Source: a virus
Direction: 5' to 3' (one strand)
Length of the DNA stretch: 64,000 nucleotides
Virus record (IMG/VR): IMGVR_UViG_3300045988_122718
Span: 91,170 to 155,169 of that record
Notes under the pieces: model-generated
The model's input: only the letters and a program-made list of their open reading frames with translations
Told to the model about the DNA's origin: nothing
Database searches by the model: none
Program-made: the position numbers and the translations under genes
Part shown: positions 45,061 through 55,863 of the stretch, one piece after another
Position numbering within the stretch: position 1 is the stretch's first letter
Layout of the letters: each line of letters opens with the position of its first letter

Positions 45061-45453
45061 TTATTTACTATCTTCCTTTGCCATTCTAAACATATCCATA
45101 CAAGAAATTCTCTTAGGCACTTCTTCTTTCTCTTCCTCAGTACCAAGATATACTTCATAAAGAGTATTCTCTCTGCCAACAATATCCCTTACAAATTTCA
45201 CTTTTCTTTGATGTTTCTCATAGTAGTCAATGATTTTATCTACATATTTTACTGTATCATCATCGTCCATATCTCCGTAGAAGTATGTGATTAACTTGTC
45301 ATATACAAGAACATTTGTATCAAACAAGTCAATAATATCACTGAACTCATCAATAATTACGTTGTACTCTGCTGTGATTTGCCCAATTGTATATTCATGT
45401 CCTCTATCAGAAGTGTAAATCCAAGCTCCATATTTCTTTTCTAATTTACTCAT
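45061..45453 (-). CDS. Hypothetical protein
   Basis: Co-directional ORF. Confidence 0.45.
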   Translation of the reverse strand: MSKLEKKYGAWIYTSDRGHEYTIGQITAEYNVIIDEFSDIIDLFDTNVLVYDKLITYFYGDMDDDDTVKYVDKIIDYYEKHQRKVKFVRDIVGRENTLYEVYLGTEEEKEEVPKRISCMDMFRMAKEDSK

Positions 45454-45693
45454 TTTTTATTCCTCCCTTAATCTATAATCATAGTTTTCCATGCTTTTTC
45501 TAATGCTGTTCCCTCATCTATATCATCCCTATTAATAATCCTACGAAATTCATATGCCATTTTATCGGCTAACTGTACAATGTCATCATAACTCTTTTTG
45601 CCGTACCACTCTTCTTCGCTAAAACATTCACCTCCTTTAAAGCATTGTTTGCAAATAATCATTAAATCACCTCCTTGCGTTAATTTTGTGCTG

Positions 45694-46404
45694 TTAATGT
45701 TGGTCAAATTTAATAGATTGGATTTTCTTATTGAAGCACTTTCTACAAATACTACAAGTGATTGTCTTATCCTTTTGGTTAGGACAACCAGTAGTTCCAT
45801 TCGGAAACTCAGGATTCAAAGTTTTGTCTTTAAAGTCTACATAGGCCACAGGTAAGTTGTGAGGATTTTCTACCTTCCAACCAATATGCCATGCAGAGAA
45901 TCTTACTGTGAAGTTATCTGGCAAATCTCCGTTCTTGTCAATCCATTCGTTAACAATCCAATATTTCTTTGTATATGCAAGAAACTTAATATCGGGAAAT
46001 GTGTTTGCCAAGTCTACCATACCAACAAAGAAATCTGCATCTGGAATGTCGCCACTATCAGTCCATCTAAACAACGGATAAGGACGATGTTTAATCTTAA
46101 ATTTCACTTGCTCCCAGAAGTCTACTGGATTTGTATTATACAATCTCAAGTTTCTTGCATATGCAGCCTGTACAACCGCTATTTGCTGTCTGCCTTTGTT
46201 ACAATAACAACCTCCCTCTCTGCACGGTGCGTCCTCACGGCATGTACAAATAGGAAATGCTAAGTCATTGCACAAAGGTCCAGTCTTACTATTCTTATCA
46301 CTTATATGCACTTCATCACTTTGTGCTGCAAGATAATTAATATAGTCTTCTCTTTCCATCCATACTTTGCTTGCATTTTTCTTTTTCATAATTTTTACCT
46401 CCAT
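45694..46404 (-). CDS. Gp88-like (mycobacteriophage gene product 88 family) Cys-rich protein
   Basis: FPICTCREDAPCREGGCYCNKGRQ...FRWTDSGDIPD...TTGCPNQKDKTITCSICRKCF. Confidence 0.6.
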   Translation of the reverse strand: MEVKIMKKKNASKVWMEREDYINYLAAQSDEVHISDKNSKTGPLCNDLAFPICTCREDAPCREGGCYCNKGRQQIAVVQAAYARNLRLYNTNPVDFWEQVKFKIKHRPYPLFRWTDSGDIPDADFFVGMVDLANTFPDIKFLAYTKKYWIVNEWIDKNGDLPDNFTVRFSAWHIGWKVENPHNLPVAYVDFKDKTLNPEFPNGTTGCPNQKDKTITCSICRKCFNKKIQSIKFDQH

Positions 46405-46410
46405 TATACA

Positions 46411-46920
46411 TTAATTTTGTATTCTTGTCAAGTAAAAAGGAACCTTTCGGCTCCTTACATTTCCCAAAATCCAATCATATCCGAACCATTTAATTTCATC
46501 ATCCGAAAATCCGATAGCGTCCAAATCTCTTCGTGCAATCGCAAGCTCTACGTTTCCGTTATTTGTACAACATTTAATTGCATTGTCAAGCAATTCAAGC
46601 GCCCTTCTGTATGTGATATATCCATAATTATTTGTCTTGTCTGGTGAAATTTCATTCCCATCTTCGTCTTCGTCACCTTCAACCCACCAAGATGACCACA
46701 TATTGTAAGTCTCGCTTAACCTTTCTATCATAAACTCTTCGCAACAAGAATCCTCGACATATGCTCTATAATCAGGATCTTCAATTTCTTCTGTGCTATG
46801 CCATTCAGAATAATATCCGTCAAGCATATCAAGAATTTCCTTTTCAAGATGTTTGTATGCATCATCCCATTCGATACATAATTCTCTTTCAAAACAATTA
46901 ACATAATATTTAGTTATCAT
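46411..46920 (-). CDS. Hypothetical protein
   Basis: Co-directional ORF. Confidence 0.5.
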   Translation of the reverse strand: MITKYYVNCFERELCIEWDDAYKHLEKEILDMLDGYYSEWHSTEEIEDPDYRAYVEDSCCEEFMIERLSETYNMWSSWWVEGDEDEDGNEISPDKTNNYGYITYRRALELLDNAIKCCTNNGNVELAIARRDLDAIGFSDDEIKWFGYDWILGNVRSRKVPFYLTRIQN

Positions 46921-47142
46921 TTAATCTTCCTCCTCATCAATCTCTATATTAAACTCAACATGGATACTCTTTCTTTTCTCATCATAGAAAATATCCATAC
47001 CTCCAATTTCGTAATCCTCCCACTCGGAATGCCTCAGATCTTCTTCCGAAATATCAAATGCTTTTTCGCTATTGCAATCAAATATCGAAAATTCTACACC
47101 ATCAACAGTACAGCAAGTGTTAATAAAATCATAGATTGTCAT
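46921..47142 (-). CDS. Hypothetical protein
   Basis: Co-directional ORF. Confidence 0.45.
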   Translation of the reverse strand: MTIYDFINTCCTVDGVEFSIFDCNSEKAFDISEEDLRHSEWEDYEIGGMDIFYDEKRKSIHVEFNIEIDEEED

Positions 47143-47298
47143 TTACTCATCCTCCTATTCTCTTCATAGTACCCGCCGATGTAATAAGCAATGTAATCTG
47201 CCTCAATTTCGTTCCACACAGTTTCGTAAGGAATTCCTTTTGAATCGTACACAGTATACATTTTAATTTCCTTCCTTTCCATATAACTAGCCTTATTT

Positions 47299-47979
47299 TT
47301 ACCAGCTACTTACATAATAGACCATTTCCTTTTCAAAGTCCGTTGTTTCAAGTACTCGTGTCAAAATATCAATCGTGTCCTCAACACCTCTCATATACCA
47401 ATTGTCATACTCAGTTGCTCCAAAGAAGAAACCTCCCTGAGTAGGAAGAAGCGCTGCAACTTCATCGGCATTTACAATGACCTCTCCGTCCTCATAACAA
47501 TTTTCCCACTTTCCGTTTATAAGTGTCTGTCCGTTTACAACCTTTCCTGGCTTCAATACTGCAATCTGCTTCACTTTCTCGCAAGTATCAAGCAATTCCT
47601 CAAGAATTTCCTTTGTACACTCATTGTGATAACGGCAGTCGTCAATTCCATCCTGAACGTGGTCAACGAACCATTGATGAATCATATTCTCTTTTCGCCA
47701 GTAACCGACCTCCTCCATAATGGAACTATGTCCATAGTTATGCTCGGTATCCCAAGCATAATACTTAGTGTTATAGAATTGCTTATAATAACTAATGATG
47801 TCATTATCAAGCAATATATTTTTATCTGCCCCACAATACTCTTGCCATGTGCAATTTGCATACTCACTACCCTCCCTTTTTGCTTTCTGCCAATCAAGAT
47901 AATCTCCAACTGCGTTTACTACACTTGCGGTAGCCTTCTTGTAACGAGGCATTCTGTTAAGATACTGGTCAAGTCCCAT
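47299..47979 (-). CDS. Hypothetical protein
   Basis: MGLDQYLNRM...; co-directional ORF. Confidence 0.55.
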   Translation of the reverse strand: MGLDQYLNRMPRYKKATASVVNAVGDYLDWQKAKREGSEYANCTWQEYCGADKNILLDNDIISYYKQFYNTKYYAWDTEHNYGHSSIMEEVGYWRKENMIHQWFVDHVQDGIDDCRYHNECTKEILEELLDTCEKVKQIAVLKPGKVVNGQTLINGKWENCYEDGEVIVNADEVAALLPTQGGFFFGATEYDNWYMRGVEDTIDILTRVLETTDFEKEMVYYVSSW

Positions 47980-47994
47980 TTTTTAAATCCTCCT

Positions 47995-48306
47995 TTAATT
48001 TTCTTCAGAACAAATATCCATGATTGTATCAACCAAATTCTGCAAAGAATCCACTCCATACCCATGTAGCAGAATCATTAACTCTCCAGTTTCCTTATTT
48101 CTCAGTTCACAATAATGTGTCCATCCATCTTCCTCAAGATAATCGAAAGAAATGTCAAGTTCGTTTCCGTTAATAGAATTAATGTCATAAGTCACAATCC
48201 TTGTGTCAAAAGATTTCGGTCTCCTTCCTTCCCCATTCCAATTAGTAGGATTCATTTTCTCCAAAAAATCATTTGCAATTTTTTCTGCCTTTTCTCTGTT
48301 GAACAT
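47995..48306 (-). CDS. Hypothetical protein
   Basis: Co-directional ORF. Confidence 0.45.
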   Translation of the reverse strand: MFNREKAEKIANDFLEKMNPTNWNGEGRRPKSFDTRIVTYDINSINGNELDISFDYLEEDGWTHYCELRNKETGELMILLHGYGVDSLQNLVDTIMDICSEEN

Positions 48307-48547
48307 AATTAAATCCTCCTTTAATATTTTGTTTCTCTTTCATTCATCAACCAGCCAACACCTTTGCTGTGGTTTTCATCAAACCAATACCAAATCTCTT
48401 CTCTGTGAGTTCCTTTGCTCCAACCATGCCAATCAATGTCAATGCATTCATTCTCGTCAGTAGGTACATCTTCAAGTTCGTCCCAAAGTCTTTCAATTTC
48501 TTTGTCTGTCATTTTCATTTCAAATCCTCCTTTAATTTTGTATCGTT

Positions 48548-48880
48548 TTAAATACATCCACCACAACATCCCCACGGAACATTGTCGTTGAACACTTCAT
48601 TAATTTCTGTTGCATATTTGCGGAACTGTTCGGGAATCTTGTTTACGTCAATTCTCCATGTTCCTTTCCATGTTCCTTCATAGTTCGGATTGATACCACC
48701 ACCACTGCTCCAAAACGGATTGTATTTCGGTTTGTCTTTAGAGTTGAAACCATAACCAAAAGTGATTTCCTCCCCGTCAATCTCAAGTGTCAGCACACCG
48801 CTACACAGGTTGGGCCATCTCCCAGTGTAAGAAACGAATTTCACATGGGTAAATTCATTGTTGTTATGATTAATCAACAT
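48548..48880 (-). CDS. Hypothetical protein
   Basis: Co-directional ORF. Confidence 0.45.
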   Translation of the reverse strand: MLINHNNNEFTHVKFVSYTGRWPNLCSGVLTLEIDGEEITFGYGFNSKDKPKYNPFWSSGGGINPNYEGTWKGTWRIDVNKIPEQFRKYATEINEVFNDNVPWGCCGGCI

Positions 48881-48881
48881 T

Positions 48882-49064
48882 TTATTCTCCTTTCAACATT
48901 TGCTCAATCAGTTCCATTGTCTTATCGTCCTCCAGATAGAAGCCGTCACTTCCAATCTGTGCCTGAAGATTACATACCAACTGCATAAATCTCCAATCGG
49001 GAACCATGTGCCAGTATGCCTTGAGCATCTCACAGAACTTATCAATTCTCTTGGTGTCTCTCAT
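48882..49064 (-). CDS. Hypothetical protein
   Basis: Co-directional ORF. Confidence 0.4.
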   Translation of the reverse strand: MRDTKRIDKFCEMLKAYWHMVPDWRFMQLVCNLQAQIGSDGFYLEDDKTMELIEQMLKGE

Positions 49065-49132
49065 TTTTGAACCTCCTTTAAATCAAATTCCATATCCAGC
49101 ATGTTGCATGACATTTATTTCTTCCTCCTTAT

Positions 49133-49468
49133 TTACTGCAAATGACCAGGGCTTCTTTCATCTTCATATGTCCACATAAAATTAGAAGTAACAAGTGGTT
49201 TATCTGCATCATAAGTGAACAAATGGGCATCAATGGTAGCTGTAGCAAAATGAATAGAATGTTTTATATCGTGCGAAAGAAACGTATATTGAACAGAAAA
49301 ACTATCAGATTTCACTTCAAAAATTTCTGCCCCATCAGCATACTTTTGAATATAGTCAAAAGCATCGCCAAATGTTTGAAACATTCTTTTGCAGCTTATA
49401 ATATAATCCACAATAGTAACAGTAAACAAACAAAATTGACCTGCGGGAACTGTACGTCTAAATTCCAT
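49133..49468 (-). CDS. Hypothetical protein
   Basis: Co-directional ORF. Confidence 0.4.
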   Translation of the reverse strand: MEFRRTVPAGQFCLFTVTIVDYIISCKRMFQTFGDAFDYIQKYADGAEIFEVKSDSFSVQYTFLSHDIKHSIHFATATIDAHLFTYDADKPLVTSNFMWTYEDERSPGHLQ

Positions 49469-49481
49469 GTTGTATCTCCTT

Positions 49482-51041
49482 TCAAATCAAACAAATACAA
49501 TGACTAATTCTACCGTTCTCTGTGATGGGTTTACCACAGTTGGCACAGATTCCAGAATGCCCAATATTAATTACATTATCACGACTCTCGCTTCTTTCTC
49601 TTGGATAAGAAACATTACAATTTTCAAAAGTTGTATAATCACGATAATGTACTCCATAGGAATCTACATTGCCGCTTACATCACCATCTTCTTTCTTTCT
49701 CCAGACAGTATCCGTAAGACCAAGAATAGGGGTGAGTACGTTTTGCACATAATTACGGAATACTTTGTACAAATCTGTTCTCCCGTCATTTCCCTGTGGA
49801 TACACACGGCCTTGCACCAGAATATCCTTTCCATAATGGAACATACATCTGTAAATCTTCCCGTCCTCCCAATCAGTCGGAACATGGTTATGCACAAAGG
49901 TAACAATCGAAGTGCTATCCAGCATATAACTCACAGTTCCTCCACAGTACATACCAGTGTAGGCATTATCCATACCTCTACGGTTCCCTTTGTCAATCGT
50001 ATGACAAGAAGCCCAGTTTACACCGAAGCTCATAGTTAAATAATCAATAGGATTGACGCTAATAAAGAACTTTAGCTTTCTCTTGAGTCCACTTACCATG
50101 TCGGCATACTTAGCAAATAGCTTGTTGTACTTAGGCAATTTATCTATTCCGTAGAATCCGCACACTCGATTAAAAGCACGGCTGGTTTTCATACCTTCCC
50201 TTACTTTATATTTCTCATCCATGCTTTCAGAAAATTCTTTATCAATAGTAGAAAGGCTAAACATCTTAAATTTGCGCATTGCATTGTAGCACTCATTTTC
50301 GATTGCATGAGAAGCAAGCGTTGCTTTATCATCTGCAAATTTATTGCGTGCATCTGTTATATTTTTCAACTTTGCAACTACTTCGGGCTTCATCAAATCT
50401 TTTGCTGTAATGCACTCTATTCCAGTTCTGATGTAATCATCAATTTTCTTACCATACTCATCTTCGTACTTCAGAATCAACCTACTTGCGTCAACATTAT
50501 TATAGAAGTTTTCGCAAAATGAATAAATATCATCTGCATTATTTTCTCTTTCGAGTTCAATGTCAATCATGATTCGCATGTCGCCCATATAATTGGCAGA
50601 CTTTTGAAACAGTTCAATCAAATCCTTTTTGTTGGTGAAATATTCATTCAACATCGTACATACGCCGTGCTCAGTATTTCTATGCCCATATTTGGTAAGC
50701 ATCGCCATCACATCATCGACGAGCTTGTCCGTGTCACAATACTGACCCCACGCTTCCTTGATGTCTGCCTTTGTAAGAATGGTACTTGGCTGTGCTGTAG
50801 GAACGGTCCCATCCTCAAAACCAGCAAAGTCAGCGCTGCCCCAAGAAAAATCACCATCATCTTCTGCGATGATGTATTCAGTATCTTCTTCAATACCGTT
50901 ATGTTCAATAACTCTCTTGATTGTTACAGTACGTCCATTAAAACGCTCCATTCCATATCCGTGCCTATAACGATAATTGCTACTAATGACACCAAGATTT
51001 TCCCTTACAACAACACGATCTCCAACATTATAGAGTGCCAT
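49482..51041 (-). CDS. Large uncharacterised protein, paralogue of 55863..57479
   Basis: SVNPIDYLTMSFGVNWASCHTIDKGNRRGM..GGTVSYMLD; C-terminal zinc ribbon GICANCGKPI. Confidence 0.6.
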   Translation of the reverse strand: MALYNVGDRVVVRENLGVISSNYRYRHGYGMERFNGRTVTIKRVIEHNGIEEDTEYIIAEDDGDFSWGSADFAGFEDGTVPTAQPSTILTKADIKEAWGQYCDTDKLVDDVMAMLTKYGHRNTEHGVCTMLNEYFTNKKDLIELFQKSANYMGDMRIMIDIELERENNADDIYSFCENFYNNVDASRLILKYEDEYGKKIDDYIRTGIECITAKDLMKPEVVAKLKNITDARNKFADDKATLASHAIENECYNAMRKFKMFSLSTIDKEFSESMDEKYKVREGMKTSRAFNRVCGFYGIDKLPKYNKLFAKYADMVSGLKRKLKFFISVNPIDYLTMSFGVNWASCHTIDKGNRRGMDNAYTGMYCGGTVSYMLDSTSIVTFVHNHVPTDWEDGKIYRCMFHYGKDILVQGRVYPQGNDGRTDLYKVFRNYVQNVLTPILGLTDTVWRKKEDGDVSGNVDSYGVHYRDYTTFENCNVSYPRERSESRDNVINIGHSGICANCGKPITENGRISHCICLI

Positions 51042-51055
51042 AATTATATCTCCTT

Positions 51056-51850
51056 TCAGTTATACAGGCTTGCAATTTTTTCCTTAATGCTTTTAAGGGT
51101 TTTGTCAGGAATGAATTCAGAACTATTGTATTCCTTATACGAGCCACCATTAATAAGAAACAGCTTGTTGTACTTTTTGGAATACACAACATCAAACGAC
51201 TGACTTCTGTAACAAATTACAAAGCGGTCAACAATGTTTAACTTATTGACTATTGCAGTAATATGATTCTTCCCCTTCAGTTTATAGTAAGTAACGCCTC
51301 TGTGCTTATATTCAATCTTTTCTGTGAACCCGTTTTCAAGAATTTTATCCACAGTAATTATGTCATCAAATAGACCAGGATAATTTGTAAATATATCCTC
51401 AATGGGCCGCATTTCCGCCGTGGCACAACATTTGAACCTACAGACTTCCCTTGCCTCTTGAGAATTAATATCATGGAACCTAAACGATGCTCTGCAATAC
51501 AATTTGGTGCTCTTCTTTGTATTTACCACGTAGCTCCCATCCTCTTGCAGAGTATATTTTGCAGATAACTGCTTACCATCTCCTTCTCTCATATGCTGGC
51601 AACCAAAACAAGATGCAGAAGTTGAAGCCCTATCGGTATGTTCCTTAATTGCTTCCGGCGTGTTCCTGACGAGTGCTCCGCAGGAAGAACACTTTACAAA
51701 TTTCTTTCTGTTGTCTCTTGAAATAGAAACAATACCAGCTTGATACACGCAATTTCCGTCCTCTAAAGCAAACGTTTTTGCATCTTTCATTTCTGCCTTC
51801 TTCCATACATACTGATCTCCGTTTAGGCAGCTTCTGAGCAGCACTCTCAT
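51056..51850 (-). CDS. Zinc-motif hypothetical protein
   Basis: CSSCGALVRNT...SCFGCQHMREG. Confidence 0.5.
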   Translation of the reverse strand: MRVLLRSCLNGDQYVWKKAEMKDAKTFALEDGNCVYQAGIVSISRDNRKKFVKCSSCGALVRNTPEAIKEHTDRASTSASCFGCQHMREGDGKQLSAKYTLQEDGSYVVNTKKSTKLYCRASFRFHDINSQEAREVCRFKCCATAEMRPIEDIFTNYPGLFDDIITVDKILENGFTEKIEYKHRGVTYYKLKGKNHITAIVNKLNIVDRFVICYRSQSFDVVYSKKYNKLFLINGGSYKEYNSSEFIPDKTLKSIKEKIASLYN

Positions 51851-52111
51851 AAAATTACCTCCATTAATTTTGTGTTGTGTAAGTGATAGGGCAAATGCCC
51901 CTTCACTTACTTTGACTTTGCCTCAAACTTGTCAAACCACTTGTCTATTTCATCGAACTTCTTGTTGAATCTTTCCTCCATTTCAAGTAATGCCTGAAGT
52001 ATTACATCGACCACCTCTTGTAGCTCCTTATTTTCCATTTGCACCAACTCCTTTTGCCTTTATTATATCACCTCCCCTCTGAAATTCAATAAACAATTGT
52101 CACAAATTTTC

Positions 52112-52594
52112 TTAGCCGATTCTCACGAGTCCTCCAAACATTCCCTTTACTGCAATGCTGCCGAACTCACTGAAATAGTCAATTGTCTTGTTCCACACAT
52201 AGGCAAACACATAGCCCTCCCTGATGTCAGCATTGTCCACTTCATATTCCTCCTGATAATCGGATACATACAAGAAATTGTACATATCCATCACTTCTCC
52301 ATCAAGCCTCATAGGAGTATGGATTACATGATATACAAGTGCATTGTTTTTCTTTTCAAACTCCTGTACCTTTGCAGTAAGTTCCTTATCGCTGCTGAAC
52401 TCGTACAGACCGCCAGTCGGTTCAGAAAGCTGCACTTCATCTCTGTCCTTGAATGCCTTGATACATGGAGCAAATAGCCCAAGCTCCTTCATGCGGTTAA
52501 TTGCCTCTACCTTTTTGATTTCTCTTGATACGTTCATATTTATTCCTCCCTTTAATTTCGTACTGTATTCTCGTTTTGTATTAGTTTGCCCCAT
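52112..52594 (-). CDS. Hypothetical protein
   Basis: Co-directional ORF. Confidence 0.45.
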   Translation of the reverse strand: MGQTNTKREYSTKLKGGINMNVSREIKKVEAINRMKELGLFAPCIKAFKDRDEVQLSEPTGGLYEFSSDKELTAKVQEFEKKNNALVYHVIHTPMRLDGEVMDMYNFLYVSDYQEEYEVDNADIREGYVFAYVWNKTIDYFSEFGSIAVKGMFGGLVRIG

Positions 52595-52613
52595 TATAGG
52601 ACAAACTATTTGT

Positions 52614-52760
52614 TTAGTCTAAAAGCCCACATGCGTTTGCAATCATTGCAATAATTGCAAAGACTACGATTGTTCCAATGAGAGCAATAATCCCGTCTTT
52701 TGTTTCGTCCTTTCCGAATAGTAGTACACAAGCAATGATGATAAGTAAAATAACAACCAT
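52614..52760 (-). CDS. 48-aa membrane miniprotein, not in supplied track
   Basis: MVVILLIIIACVLLFGKDETKDGIIALIGTIVVFAIIAMIANACGLLD* with GGAGG upstream. Confidence 0.55.
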   Translation of the reverse strand: MVVILLIIIACVLLFGKDETKDGIIALIGTIVVFAIIAMIANACGLLD

Positions 52761-53058
52761 TTATTTACCTCCCTAACTTATACATTATTCGTAATTATTT
52801 TACCCCTATTATGCTACTGCGTCAACTTACTTTTGCCTCCTTTTTATTCTCCTTTCAAACTCCTAAACACATTATCATACTGCTTCTTAGTCATAAAGAC
52901 TACATGTGGATGATACTCATCTCCCTCTCGAATTAGCTGTTTAACTTCTTCTCCGGAAATGTCTCTGTCATCAAATAGTACAACATTGTCTTGCTCAGTC
53001 CAGAAATCATATTTCTCTGTGTATTCAATCATTTTTACATGATGATTTGTATTCATAT

Positions 53059-53469
53059 TTACCCCTCATCTCCATAAGTTTTAGTTTGAGTTCCATTCCA
53101 CTCATTCTCAACCGTAATTACTGCTTGCCTAATCCATAGTTGGCTGCACTTTTCATCGAACCACTTAATGATTTCCTCAATACTATCGTGGTCTCTTAGG
53201 TCTCCAAATACACTAATTGTAAATGCATCCATACAGCTTTTATTTGGATTTTCCCAAACACTCATTTGAAGGGAACCCTCTGAGCCAAGAGGAAGAAAAT
53301 GTTCTGGGTAATCGCTTGCTTCATTCCATTTTTCAGTAGAATCATAATAATCCAATTCCTTTCCAAAGATTTTTGTAAAATCTTTTCCTTCGTGTGAGAG
53401 ACCATCAACTCTAAAGATTGCTGCAACATGTGTCCAATTACTCATTTTACTTTGCCTCCCTGATATCAT
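53059..53469 (-). CDS. Hypothetical protein
   Basis: Co-directional ORF. Confidence 0.45.
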   Translation of the reverse strand: MISGRQSKMSNWTHVAAIFRVDGLSHEGKDFTKIFGKELDYYDSTEKWNEASDYPEHFLPLGSEGSLQMSVWENPNKSCMDAFTISVFGDLRDHDSIEEIIKWFDEKCSQLWIRQAVITVENEWNGTQTKTYGDEG

Positions 53470-54055
53470 TCAGTAGAATTTTCAATGTGGTAATATACTC
53501 ATTGAGGTTTGCCATATTGTCCAGATGCATTTTTCCCTCCTCCCACACATCAGAACCCATCAACCAAATCCTCTCGTTTGAAATCGAACCAAGAGCTTCT
53601 TTGATTTCTCTTTCGTACAGTTTAATCAGCCAGTTTTTAACCATTTCGCTCATGTCAACAATCCTCCTTAATCTTGTGTTGTGATTTTTCTCACATAATG
53701 GTTAACTTCGCTTTTAGTAGGCTCTCTTTCATAAATACATACCTTTTTGAATCTTGCCACTGCGTTTTCATAGTTCAACCAATAACTATCAATCCATGAA
53801 AAGCTACCATCTTCGTTCGTTGCATATACTGCATAGAGCGTCATTTACTTTACCTCCTCATAATTCAATCATCTTATTGTCAACTTCAATCACGTCAATT
53901 AAAAGTTTGTCTTGTACAATGTCGAGCATATCTTCAAACCCATTTGCTTCAAGCAGCATTTTTGCCTTTTGTGCTTTTTCAAAAGTGGTACATCTTGCAA
54001 AAACCATTCCATCTAAATCGTCAATACCAATTACGTTAAATAGCTTTTCGGGCAT

Positions 54056-54319
54056 TTACTTTTCCTCCTTATGTTCCTTCAAATACCTCTCAACTGCATC
54101 GTTCCACGCTTCATTCACGGAGATTTTTTCGTTTGTCCAATCTCCTTCAAAATCACAGAAAGAGCACTTCCTTTGTGTTCCAACGCCTCTTTGACCATAC
54201 CATACACTCGTACCCTTCTTGCCACATACTGGGCAAGGCTTAATGGGAATATACGGTTTCTTTTTGATTAGACTATAACCGAGCTTACTTGCCTCGGTTT
54301 TCAGTTCTTCAAGAGTCAT
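54056..54319 (-). CDS. Lar-like zinc-ribbon protein (restriction alleviation-like)
   Basis: KPCPVCGKKGTSVWYG..RKCSFCDFEG...SVNEAWNDAVERY. Confidence 0.5.
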   Translation of the reverse strand: MTLEELKTEASKLGYSLIKKKPYIPIKPCPVCGKKGTSVWYGQRGVGTQRKCSFCDFEGDWTNEKISVNEAWNDAVERYLKEHKEEK

Positions 54320-54497
54320 TTATTTTTCCTCCTTTTACTATACGCATTCATGATCACATCTCTTTTATATCTTTCGTATTCTTTATCATCCCTCATTTTT
54401 TCTTTTATGTTGTCTACACCGTTGCGAAAATTTATGTAACTTTCACAATTTGAGTGACATCCAATAGTTCTTTTTGTGCAGTTTTGACAAGGAGATT

Positions 54498-54938
54498 TCA
54501 TTCACCGTCCTCCTTAATATTCTTGAACTTGCCCATTTCGGCACACAACTTTGCTTTCTTGTGCTCAATCTCTGTCAACTGGAGCTTCATTGCATCGTAC
54601 TCCATCTTTGCCTTTGCATAGATACGGTCCTGAATTGCATCCGCATAATAGCTCATGTCGGCCACATAGCAGTACAGATGACCATCGACGGCAGGCTTTC
54701 CATCACGAAGCTTCACATGGAAGTTTGCGTAAGGCATATGCTTCAAATCAGCACATTCCTTTGCAGAAGTAAACACCTCACCGGTGTCCAGATTCATAAC
54801 TGCCTTACCCTTACGACGGTCGCTCTCCACAATATACTTGGCCTTGATGATTTTGATGTTTTTCATGATGTCAATTTCCTTTCTGCCAGTTTGGCAATAA
54901 TTAATAATCGTACAAATCCTGAGAACACACGTCAACAA
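54498..54938 (-). CDS. Hypothetical protein
   Basis: Co-directional ORF. Confidence 0.4.
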   Translation of the reverse strand: MLTCVLRICTIINYCQTGRKEIDIMKNIKIIKAKYIVESDRRKGKAVMNLDTGEVFTSAKECADLKHMPYANFHVKLRDGKPAVDGHLYCYVADMSYYADAIQDRIYAKAKMEYDAMKLQLTEIEHKKAKLCAEMGKFKNIKEDGE

Positions 54939-55863
54939 CGTTGTCGTATGTCATATCAGTTTTGTCCATAACAAAGTGGCCGATTGCTTCTGCCTTGGAA
55001 CGAGCATAAGTATCGTAATACTCAGATGCTCCATACACATTCACATACTCGATGATATAATACTTCTGTGCATAGTAGCTTTCCATTGCACCAGTGTAGC
55101 TGTAGTTTGAGTAGCTGCCGCTGTAGCCATAGTTGCTGCCATAATAACCGTAGCCAGAACTCGTATCTTCCACATACTCAAACTTATCACTTTCCGTTGT
55201 CCTTTCGAGGATTGCACACGCCGCCTCAATGCTTGCTTCCATTTCGGAAAACACCACATATTCACTTGTTGTGTGTGCATTGTGATACCCGCAAGACAAA
55301 TTCACTGCCGCACAACCAAGAGCGGGAGCCACCTCGCAGATGTCAGAATAACTTCCATAGTTTGTTTTGTAGAAATCCTGCGTGATAAATGCCTCAAACT
55401 CATCGTTCGCACAGGAGTAAAACACAGCATCGTTTGCGTTGGCACGGTCAAACTCGATGATATAATTGAAATCAAGTTCTTCCAGCAAATCACTTTTGGC
55501 AAACTTATCTGCGCCGATTCCTCCCACCTCCTCATCTTCCGTGAAAAGCACGGAGCAGTTAAATCTCTTGAGGATTTCAAAAATCATATAAATACCAGCA
55601 CGATCATCTCCTCCTATCCCTTGCGGAGAAGAAATAATGTCTCCAGTATCATCGTACACAATCAGATTCGGAAGATTCTTGTGTACAGTATCCATATGAG
55701 CCACCAGAAGCACAGGAAATTTCCCTTGTGCATATACAAAGCCATCTTCAACGATGGCTTTTCCATGAGTTACCTGCAACCTCTGCTTCACATGATTCTT
55801 CAAGGACTTCTGAGACATACGGCAAATCTTTTCAAATTCTTTATTCATATACATTACCTCCAT
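54901..55863 (-). CDS. Zinc metallopeptidase, M20/M28/M42-like
   Basis: LLVAHMDTVH..PQGIGGDDRAGIYMI..VLFTEDEEVGGIGA...FDRANANDAVF..GYHNAHTTSEYV. Confidence 0.8.
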   Translation of the reverse strand: MEVMYMNKEFEKICRMSQKSLKNHVKQRLQVTHGKAIVEDGFVYAQGKFPVLLVAHMDTVHKNLPNLIVYDDTGDIISSPQGIGGDDRAGIYMIFEILKRFNCSVLFTEDEEVGGIGADKFAKSDLLEELDFNYIIEFDRANANDAVFYSCANDEFEAFITQDFYKTNYGSYSDICEVAPALGCAAVNLSCGYHNAHTTSEYVVFSEMEASIEAACAILERTTESDKFEYVEDTSSGYGYYGSNYGYSGSYSNYSYTGAMESYYAQKYYIIEYVNVYGASEYYDTYARSKAEAIGHFVMDKTDMTYDNVVDVCSQDLYDY

